A stretch of 59,405 bases of DNA from a virus (lineage: Duplodnaviria; Caudoviricetes). The stretch spans positions 1 through 59,405 of IMG/VR virus record IMGVR_UViG_3300025528_000008. One strand, given 5' to 3'. Position numbers and translations under genes: made by a program. The notes beneath the pieces are model-generated. The model searched no databases. It saw only the letters and a list, made by a program, of their open reading frames with translations, and was not told the DNA's origin. Shown piece after piece: positions 28,819-35,972 of this stretch (positions within the stretch are counted from its first letter, which is position 1; each line of letters starts with the position of its first letter).

Positions 28819-29129
28819 ACGGCTGGCCCAAAACCCTCGAAGCCCTCCTCGCCGCGGTCAGAGAGCTGGAACAGGCCCAGGCCGCCGCGGTGGAGAAGTT
28901 CACCCCTTGGACTCCGCATTCACCAGGAAGCATCAGCGGCTTCCTCGGATGGATCCCAGACAGAGACCGCACCAGATTCGGTGGCACCGGTCTCATCCGA
29001 CCAGGTCCACATGGCTCGGAACCCGACCTCAGTAACCTGACCCTCCACCAGGCGCGGGCAGAGGTCACTGACATCATCGCCAAGGCCCGGGAAGAGCAGC
29101 CCCTGCCAAGCCTGGTGACAGCGCGATGA
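28815..29129 (+). CDS. hypothetical protein
   Basis: GGAGG RBS, coupled. Confidence 0.5.
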   Translation: MNGWPKTLEALLAAVRELEQAQAAAVEKFTPWTPHSPGSISGFLGWIPDRDRTRFGGTGLIRPGPHGSEPDLSNLTLHQARAEVTDIIAKAREEQPLPSLVTAR

Positions 29130-29323
29130 GGATCGCCATCCACCTGTTCGGCCGCGAGGTCGCAGCTATCGAGCTCACCACCACCGTCGCCCAACCGGAC
29201 GACGAACCGGAGCCAGGTCCGCCGTTCGGGTTCTCCGGCGCCGCCGGCCTGCACACCGACCTCGCCGAGGACACCTCGACAGAAGACGCCCACACCCAGG
29301 CCCGCCCACGCAGGTCCTGGTGA
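29126..29323 (+). CDS. small hypothetical protein
   Basis: MRIAIHLFGREV..PPFGF. Confidence 0.5.
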   Translation: MRIAIHLFGREVAAIELTTTVAQPDDEPEPGPPFGFSGAAGLHTDLAEDTSTEDAHTQARPRRSW

Positions 29324-29334
29324 CCATCCACTTC

Positions 29335-29421
29335 CAAGCAGCCTGCGGCTAGCTACCGCAGGTCAGGGAGCCCTGGCGACCCCCGAGACGCCAGGGCTCC
29401 CGCTCATCTCGGGGAGACCAC
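29335..29421 (+). promoter_or_regulatory. two-hairpin/pseudoknot 5' leader of tnpB
   Basis: 7-bp and 13-bp stems; loop CCCCGAGA complementary to TCTCGGGG overlapping the RBS; homologous element at 33630. Confidence 0.65.
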
Positions 29422-30732
29422 GTGTCTGAGCAAACCAGATTCCACGCCTTCCGGTACACCCTCGCCCCAACCCCCTCCCAGGAAGCCGCGTTCTTCCGCT
29501 ACGCCGGCGCTGCACTCTGGGCGTACAACCACGCCATCGGGGTGAAGAAAGCAGCACACCAAGAGTGGCGCACCCAGGTTGACGCCCTCGTCGCCTCCGG
29601 AATCCCAGAGGAACAGGCCCGCAAACAAGTCAAGGTCAAGATCCCCAACAGCTTCGAGATAGGGAAGAACTTCAACCGGATCAAGGGAGACTCCCGCGAA
29701 GGCATCGACGGGATCTGCCCGTGGTGGCACGAAGTCAACAGGTACTGCTTCAAGTCCGCGTTCGCCGATGCGGACCAGGCGTGGAAGAACTGGCTGGCCT
29801 CCCTCAAGGGCACCCGCAAGGGCCGCAAGGTCGGCTACCCCCGCTTCAAGTCCAAGCGCCACAGCCGCAGGTCGTTCCGTCTCTACGAAGGCATCCGCCC
29901 AGTCGGCTACCGGCGTCTCCGTCTCCCCAGCTTGGGAGAGATCCGCATCCACGGCACCACCAAACCCTTGGTGAAGCTCCTCAACTCGGGCCAGGCAACC
30001 ATCAAAGCGGTCACGGTATCTCAAGGTGGCCACCGCTGGTACGCCTCCGTCCTCTGCGAGGTCACCACCAACCTCCCCGACGGCCCCACCCGCCGGCAAC
30101 GCTCCCGCGGCACGATCGGCGTTGACATGGGCGTCAAGAACCTCGCCACCCTGTCCAAACCCCTCAACCCCGACGACCCCACGACCGCGATCGTCCCGAA
30201 CCCGCGGCACCTCGAAGCCACCGATCGCCGGCTCCGCAGAGCCCAACGAGCCCTCGCCCGCAAACAGAAGGGCTCCAAACGCCGCGAGAAAGCCGCCCGT
30301 CGTGTGGCCCGCCTGCACCACCAGGTCGCAGTCCGCCGCGCCACCGCCATCCACGAGCTCACCAAGCAACTCGCCACCAGCTTCGAAGCGGTCGCGATCG
30401 AGGACCTCAACGTCCAGGGCATGACCCGCACCGCCAAAGGCACCATCGACCGCCCTGGGCGGAACGTCAAAGCCAAAGCCGGCCTCAACCGCGCCATCCT
30501 CGACGCAGGCTTCGGCGAGCTCCGCCGCCAACTGGAGTACAAAACCACCTGGTACGGGTCACGGCTGCTGACGGTGGACCGCTGGATGCCATCGTCGAAG
30601 ACCTGCTCGGGCTGCGGCTGGAAGGCGCCCGAGCTGCTCTTGCAGACCCGAGTGTTCCGCTGCGGCGGTTGCGGCCTGGTCCTGGACCGGGATGTGAACG
30701 CCGCCCGCAACATCGAACGTCACGCCGCTTGA
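29422..30732 (+). CDS. tnpB: TnpB RNA-guided endonuclease, RuvC triad intact, CRISPR-adjacent
   Basis: FRYTLAPTPSQE N-terminus; GYPRFKSK; RuvC-I GVDMG, RuvC-II IEDL, RuvC-III DRDVNAARNI; CSGC..CGGC Zn finger. Confidence 0.95.
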   Translation: MSEQTRFHAFRYTLAPTPSQEAAFFRYAGAALWAYNHAIGVKKAAHQEWRTQVDALVASGIPEEQARKQVKVKIPNSFEIGKNFNRIKGDSREGIDGICPWWHEVNRYCFKSAFADADQAWKNWLASLKGTRKGRKVGYPRFKSKRHSRRSFRLYEGIRPVGYRRLRLPSLGEIRIHGTTKPLVKLLNSGQATIKAVTVSQGGHRWYASVLCEVTTNLPDGPTRRQRSRGTIGVDMGVKNLATLSKPLNPDDPTTAIVPNPRHLEATDRRLRRAQRALARKQKGSKRREKAARRVARLHHQVAVRRATAIHELTKQLATSFEAVAIEDLNVQGMTRTAKGTIDRPGRNVKAKAGLNRAILDAGFGELRRQLEYKTTWYGSRLLTVDRWMPSSKTCSGCGWKAPELLLQTRVFRCGGCGLVLDRDVNAARNIERHAA

Positions 30733-30742
30733 CCGGCGGGAC

Positions 30743-30912
30743 CGTCGCCTCTGGTAGAGGGGAGACGTTAAACGCCCGTGGAGCCCACGTAAGACCTGCC
30801 CCCTCCGGGGTGGTGGGCAGAGGGCGTTGAAGCGGGAAGACACCATCCTCTTTGGGTGGTGCCACCCCAGCAGAGTGATCTGCTGGCAGTCCGCACATTT
30901 TCGTGGAGCGGA
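30743..30912 (+). ncRNA. omegaRNA/tracrRNA-like scaffold ending in an anti-repeat
   Basis: stems AACGCCC/GGGCGTT, CTGCCC/GGGCAG, CACCATCC/GGGTGGTG, CCAGCAGA-GTGA-TCTGCTGG; 30889-30912 is an inverted copy of the CRISPR repeat. Confidence 0.7.
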
Positions 30913-30937
30913 GGGGTAAAACCGCAGGTCGTTAAGG

Positions 30938-31210
30938 GTCCGCTCCACGTGTACGTGGCTGACCCGTGTCTGAAATGTCCGATTCTGGGGTGCCGAGGGT
31001 CCGCTCCACGTGTACGTGGCTGACCCCACCCCGCAGGCTCCCCACGGAGGGGAGACCCGGTCCGCTCCACGTGTACGTGGCTGACCCCCATCTCTCTGAC
31101 TAGCGCCGCCTCGTGCTCCTGTCCGCTCCACGTGTACGTGGGTTGACCAGATATATAGCGCCTCCCGAAGGCTGCCGTCTGAGCTCGCTCCACGTGTCTG
31201 CGGTCTGACT
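30938..31210 (+). CRISPR. CRISPR mini-array, 5 repeats and 4 spacers
   Basis: GTCCGCTCCACGTGTACGTGGCTGACCC exact at 30938, 30999, 31060; variant at 31121; degenerate at 31183; four unique 33-nt spacers; CCACG/CGTGG hairpin. Confidence 0.92.
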
Positions 31211-31293
31211 GGCAACCAATAGGACGTGCCTCGCCGCCGGGCTCGCTTTCACACGCGCAGGCTCCCCGCACCACACAGGGAGGTGACCCGGGC

Positions 31294-32001
31294 ATGACCG
31301 ACCGCTACATCATCCCCTGTGCCGGCGACGGCAACCGGTGGACCGAACAAACCGGCACTCCCAAACAACTCGTCAAACTCTGCGGCGAACCCATCCTCTA
31401 CCGCACCGTCCGCCAACTCCACGAACGCGGCGCCACCGACATCCGCATCATCGTCAAAGACCTCACCGACCCACGCTTCAAAATCCCCGGCACCCGCCGC
31501 GCCACCGCCAAACTCAACCCCGACAACGGCCCCGCCGACAAGTTCTGCTCCTCCCGCCACCTGTGGAACCGCAACGGCCGCACCACCATCCTGTTCGGCG
31601 ACGTCTTCTTCACCGACCAAGCCATGGACACCATCGTCAACCCCGACGACGGCGGTGACTGGCGCGTCTACGCCCGCTTCGGCCCCTCCAACATCACCGG
31701 CTGCAGGCACCCCGAACTGTTCGGCATCACCCTCCACCCCGACCACCACACTCTCGCAGACCAGGCCATCGCCTACTGCGTCGACCTCCACCAGCGCGGC
31801 CTGCTCAAAGGCTGGTCGGGAGGCTGGCAGGTCTACGCCGCCATGTGCGCAGACACCGACCTCAAAGCCCGCGACCGCGGTCACTCCGTCACCATCGACG
31901 ACTGGACCGAAGACATGGACTGGCGAGTGGACTGGGAACGCTGGTGCTGGCACTACGCCAAAGCCGACCCCGCCGACCGGCCCTCCCGCTACATCCCATG
32001 A
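31294..32001 (+). CDS. nucleotidyltransferase (NTP-sugar pyrophosphorylase/LicC-like fold)
   Basis: IIPCAGDGNRW..PKQLVKLCGEPILYRTVRQL; ILFGDVFF. Confidence 0.75.
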   Translation: MTDRYIIPCAGDGNRWTEQTGTPKQLVKLCGEPILYRTVRQLHERGATDIRIIVKDLTDPRFKIPGTRRATAKLNPDNGPADKFCSSRHLWNRNGRTTILFGDVFFTDQAMDTIVNPDDGGDWRVYARFGPSNITGCRHPELFGITLHPDHHTLADQAIAYCVDLHQRGLLKGWSGGWQVYAAMCADTDLKARDRGHSVTIDDWTEDMDWRVDWERWCWHYAKADPADRPSRYIP

Positions 32002-32615
32002 CCCGCATCCACGCACCGGTCGCAGAGGTCTTCACCCACCTGCCAGCCATCCACACCGAAACCGGAATCCCCCCACGAGGCGTCGCCCACGTCGGAGCCC
32101 ACACCGGCCAGGAAGTCCCCGCCTACCGCAGAACCGGCTACCACCCGATCCTTCTCATCGAACCCAACCCCTACCTCATCCCCACACTCCAAACCATCGA
32201 CGACGTCGAGGTCGTCCACGCAGCCGCCGGCACCCACAACGGCACCACCACCCTCCACATCACCGGCTGGGACCAACTGTCCTCCACCCTCACACCCCGC
32301 CCCCTCCTCAACCGGTACAAGGTCACCGAACACATCAACGTGCCCGCCGTCCGCCTAGACACCCTGCTGGACGAACGCCACACCACCCTCGTCATCGACA
32401 CCCAAGGCACCGAACTCGACGTCCTCAAAGGCGCAGACCTGACCGGCGTCCACCTCGCCGTCATCGAATGCTGCACAACCCCCCGCTACGAAGGCGCAGC
32501 AACCACCGACGACATCGTCGACTACATGCACACCGCAGGATTCACACTCCACTCACAGTGGCGACACGGCGCGGTCTCCGACGTGGTCTTCACCCGCCAC
32601 CAGCCAACCCACTGA
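31998..32615 (+). CDS. FkbM family methyltransferase
   Basis: HVGAHTGQE, IEPNP, VRLDTLL, IDTQGTELDVLKG. Confidence 0.85.
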   Translation: MTRIHAPVAEVFTHLPAIHTETGIPPRGVAHVGAHTGQEVPAYRRTGYHPILLIEPNPYLIPTLQTIDDVEVVHAAAGTHNGTTTLHITGWDQLSSTLTPRPLLNRYKVTEHINVPAVRLDTLLDERHTTLVIDTQGTELDVLKGADLTGVHLAVIECCTTPRYEGAATTDDIVDYMHTAGFTLHSQWRHGAVSDVVFTRHQPTH

Positions 32616-32631
32616 ACACCCGGGGGGATGC

Positions 32632-33033
32632 ATGGCTGTACAGCACTGGAAGCACGGGTGGATCCCACTCACCCCTCAGGCCATGCGGCAGAAGAATCAC
32701 GGCTACAAACCCGGCCCCGACTCCAAGATCACCAAGACGGCAGAGCAGGCCATCCGAGAAAAAACCGCCGCCGCCAAAACCCGCCGCTCTGGACGCCGAG
32801 GAACCACCCCCACCGGCGGAGGCAAAGGAGGCACAGGCGGCAACCGCGGCACCTCCCAAACCCCAAGCCCCGACAACGACATCAAGGCAGCAGCCGCAGC
32901 GATCCGCCCCGGCGCCCCCGCACGCGCCGTCAACCTCCTCACCCGCGCGATGAACAACACCAAGGACCCGCGGGAGAAACGAGCGGTCAAGAAGCGCCGC
33001 GACGAACTCGCTCGCCGCATCATGGGCCGCTAA
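32632..33033 (+). CDS. basic hypothetical protein
   Basis: WKHGWIPL start; Lys/Arg-rich. Confidence 0.55.
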   Translation: MAVQHWKHGWIPLTPQAMRQKNHGYKPGPDSKITKTAEQAIREKTAAAKTRRSGRRGTTPTGGGKGGTGGNRGTSQTPSPDNDIKAAAAAIRPGAPARAVNLLTRAMNNTKDPREKRAVKKRRDELARRIMGR

Positions 33034-33072
33034 CCCAGCATCTCCCCACCAGCTCAAAGGAGATGACCACCC

Positions 33073-33300
33073 ATGGCCGACACCACCCCCGGCGACCGCA
33101 ACGCACTCGAACGCTACTGGAAGTACGGCGAAGGCGCGATCAAGATCCGCTGGGGCACCGACGGAGACTGGACCCGCTGCCACCGCCACCTCATCAAGCA
33201 CGTCGGAGACACCCGAGCCCGCCGCATCTGCGCACAGTGGCACTTCGAGATGAACGGGTTCTGGCCCGGGGACAGACGCAACAAGCCCGGCAAGGACTGA
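33073..33300 (+). CDS. small actinophage protein
   Basis: LERYW..GEGAIKIRWGTDGDWTRC..CAQWH. Confidence 0.65.
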   Translation: MADTTPGDRNALERYWKYGEGAIKIRWGTDGDWTRCHRHLIKHVGDTRARRICAQWHFEMNGFWPGDRRNKPGKD

Positions 33301-33306
33301 CCTGCC

Positions 33307-33624
33307 ATGCCTCGAGGCGCTCGGTCCAACCGCGTCACACCACTCCCCAAGGGGTGGAAGAAGACCAGGCAACGCATCCTCAAACGCGACAACCACACCT
33401 GCCAATGGCCCATGCCAGGAGGCGGGATCTGCGGCGCCTACGCCTACCGCGTCGACCACAAGAGCCCCGCACACCTCAACGGCAGCGACGACGACGACAA
33501 CCTGTGGACCTTGTGCGACACCCACACCCGCTACAAGGACGCCTCCGAAGGAGGCCGAGCAGCAGCAGCGAAGCGGATCCCCCGCCGCCGGCCACCAGAA
33601 CCACACCCCGGCCTGATCCGCTGA
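33307..33624 (+). CDS. terminase-associated HNH endonuclease
   Basis: WKKTRQRILKRDNHTCQ..VDH..DDDNLWTLC..H..K; upstream of the packaging genes. Confidence 0.8.
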   Translation: MPRGARSNRVTPLPKGWKKTRQRILKRDNHTCQWPMPGGGICGAYAYRVDHKSPAHLNGSDDDDNLWTLCDTHTRYKDASEGGRAAAAKRIPRRRPPEPHPGLIR

Positions 33625-33629
33625 ACCCT

Positions 33630-33715
33630 CAAGCACCCGCGGCTGATCACCGCGGGTAGGAAGCCCCGATTCTCTCCCGGGAGTCGGGGCTTCCGCTTTC
33701 CCGGGAGCCACACAA
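33630..33715 (+). promoter_or_regulatory. second copy of the two-hairpin/pseudoknot leader
   Basis: 8-bp and 11-bp stems; loop CTCCCGGGA complementary to TCCCGGGAG covering the RBS. Confidence 0.65.
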
Positions 33716-34616
33716 GTGAACACATGCCCTGAATGCGGCACACCCCTGGTGAAGAAGAGCCGCGGACCCGCCCCGACGTATTGCTCAGCAACCTGCCGTG
33801 CCAATGCCGGATGCCGCAGGGCCAAAGCCGACGGCAGGTACGCCAACCGGGAAGCAGCCGCAGCAGCTAGGAAACGAGCCGAGCGAGAAGCAAACGCTCG
33901 ACCTTGCCTCTACTGCGGTGACCCTCTACCACCGCGTCCAGTGCGGCAAACCAGAGCGCAAACGCCTCTGGAACAACGAACGCAACCTCGCCTACCAACG
34001 CAAGTACAAAGCCGAACACGGCATCTACAGGAGCCACAGCTACACCTACGAACGCACCTGCATCCACTGCGGCAAGGTCTGGCTCGCTAAGAGCCGCACA
34101 GCCAAGTACTGCTCCAACGCATGCCAGGCCACCTACGAGCACGGACTCAACCGCAAGCCGAGGCTGAGCAGAACTGAGAGACGACGGGCAAGAGCACGCC
34201 GCATCCTCGCCGCCGCGGCCCGAGGAACACGCAGCCGCAGAACTTTCGTCGCAGGCACATGCTTCTACTGCGGCACCACAACGATCTCCACACGGAAACC
34301 AGCCAGCAGCGCCTTCTACTGTTCTCGCCGCTGTTATCAGCTCACGAAGGCCAGCGCACGCCGAGCACGTAGCAGGAACACTCACATCGACCGGCAGTCC
34401 ATCTACCAACGCGACAAATGGAACTGCCGGCTATGCGGCAAACCAGTAGCCAAAACCAAGACGCCACCGCATCCCAAGGCCCCAGTGCTCGACCACATCA
34501 TCCCCATCGCCGCCGGAGGCGAGCACACACCGGCCAACCTGCAACTGGCGCACTTCCTGTGCAACAGCATCAAGCGCCACCTCGGGGGTGGAGAACAACT
34601 GATGCTGTTCGGGTGA
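33716..34616 (+). pseudogene. Zn-finger/HNH endonuclease split by a frameshift near 33925
   Basis: N-terminal CPECG..YCSATC..CLYCG in one frame; CIHCG..RDKWNCRLCG..DHIIP..NLQLAHFLCN in the +1 frame. Confidence 0.7.
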
Positions 34617-34629
34617 CCGTCACAGACTG

Positions 34630-34720
34630 TGACGACACCTGGGGGGGACCAAGATCATTTAATCGAGGGCGACCGGAACCGTGTTGCACCTCGGGGTCGC
34701 TACGGGTTTCAGGGTCCGCG
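34630..34720. other. probable packaging (cos/pac) region
   Basis: noncoding, G7 run at 34641, between HNH and terminase; strand composition flips from C/A-rich to G/T-rich here. Confidence 0.55.
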
Positions 34721-34826
34721 AGATCCTGCGGTGATCACTGAGCGTGATAACAGTCGGTGGTGTTCGCTGGGTTGTTCTTGCTGGTGGTGGCTTGGAAAGC
34801 GTTACACCGGCTGCTAGGGTGGTCGC

Positions 34827-35405
34827 GTGGGTGTGACGAAGTGTGAGCACTGTGGCGGGGGGATGCCTCTGCTGAAGCGCCGGCACGCCCGCTACTGCAG
34901 CACTCGCTGCCGGGTTGCTGCTCACCGTGCCCGCCGGGCGCTCCCGCGTGAGATGACGTCCCGGAAGCGGTGGGTTCGCCGGGATGCTGCGAAGGCGCCG
35001 CGCACTGTCACCGGCCGGCGAGCTTCCTCGACCAACCCGGCGACTTGGTCGTCTTACCGGGAGGCTGTTAAGAGCCGTGCTGGCGTTGGCCTCGGCTATG
35101 TCCTCGCTGGTGACGGCATCGTCTGCTTGGACCTGGACCACTGCCTGAAGGGCGGGCGGCTCGCCCCTTGGGCTCAGGCGATCCTCGACCGGTGCCCGCC
35201 GACCTACATCGAGGTGTCGCCGTCGGGGGATGGCCTGCACGTGTGGGGTCTGGGCACTGTCGGCCGCGGCCGGCGGGTGCGTGTGGGCGGCGGCCAGGTC
35301 GAGGTGTATGACCGGGGCCGGTATATGACCGTCACCCGCCAGCGGTTCGGGCAGGCTCCGTCCAGGCTGGGCCGCCTGGACGATGTGATCGCCGCCTTGG
35401 TCTAG
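34827..35405 (+). CDS. stand-alone primase-polymerase (AEP-like) domain with N-terminal Zn finger
   Basis: ASSTNPATWSSY; CLDLDHC; EVSPSGDGLHVW; EVYDRGRYMTVT. Confidence 0.75.
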   Translation: MGVTKCEHCGGGMPLLKRRHARYCSTRCRVAAHRARRALPREMTSRKRWVRRDAAKAPRTVTGRRASSTNPATWSSYREAVKSRAGVGLGYVLAGDGIVCLDLDHCLKGGRLAPWAQAILDRCPPTYIEVSPSGDGLHVWGLGTVGRGRRVRVGGGQVEVYDRGRYMTVTRQRFGQAPSRLGRLDDVIAALV

Positions 35406-35875
35406 GGCTGCTTGGCGAACCAGGCGGCTACGCGTTCGAGGGTGTCCTCGGCGCGGCGGCCTTCTAGGTGGGTCTCGTAGTCCTGTTGGCCGAGGTTGTG
35501 CTGCGGCTGGTCCCCGTGGGGGAGTTGGGCGGCGGGCCGCCACTTGATGGTGACGTAGGCAGAGGGGTACCGGCGGGGGTAGGTCCGCGCGTTGTGCTTC
35601 TCGATGACCAGGGCTCTTTGGTGGCCGTAGCGGTTGCGGGCGTAGCGGATGGCGGGGAGTAGCTGCCCGTCGGGGTCCTTCTGCCGATCGTCTAGGTACT
35701 TCTGGTTCTTGCCGCCGTTGTCGTCTTTGCTGAGTTCTTCGTCGGCGCTGACGGCCCAGCACAGCGCTTCGACGAGTGGCAGCAGGATCTCTTCGGCGGG
35801 GCTGTTCCTGGTGGAGTGCTGCCGGAACCGTTCGAAGGCTTGGTGAACCCGGTGATCGCCAGCCGGGTGCGTCAC
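35402..35875 (-). CDS. antisense accessory gene with HEPN-like Rx4H motif
   Basis: AAGGA RBS with GTG start; helical; AIRYARNRYGHQ. Confidence 0.55.
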   Translation of the reverse strand: MTHPAGDHRVHQAFERFRQHSTRNSPAEEILLPLVEALCWAVSADEELSKDDNGGKNQKYLDDRQKDPDGQLLPAIRYARNRYGHQRALVIEKHNARTYPRRYPSAYVTIKWRPAAQLPHGDQPQHNLGQQDYETHLEGRRAEDTLERVAAWFAKQP

Positions 35876-35972
35876 TTTTTGTCCTTGTCGCTCATGTGAG
35901 CCATCATCCTCAGCCCGCCAGCGGCTGGTGGGTGGATTAGCGGATTCACCGAACCAGTGGGAGGTGGTGGCG

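Noticed and set aside
29422-30732. Nuclease-dead TnpB (TldR-like repressor)
   Set aside because: All three RuvC catalytic positions (D in GVDMG, E in IEDL, D in DRDVN) are present.
29335-30930. Complete autonomous IS200/IS605 or IS607 element
   Set aside because: No Y1 or serine transposase is adjacent, and the upstream structure is shared with an HNH gene rather than being an obvious IS left end. Mobilisation in trans cannot be excluded.
29355-30930. ACCGCAGGTC direct repeat (29355 and 30921) as a target-site duplication
   Set aside because: TnpB-family elements do not make such duplications; one copy lies inside a leader hairpin and the other in the array leader, so coincidence is likely.
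31241-31267. Sixth CRISPR repeat (GCTCGCTTTCACACGCGCAGGCTCCCC)
   Set aside because: Too degenerate and off-period (58 nt); not counted.
30559-31295. Minus-strand ORFs with HVHVERT / TYTWSG peptide repeats
   Set aside because: These are translations of the CRISPR repeats, not proteins.
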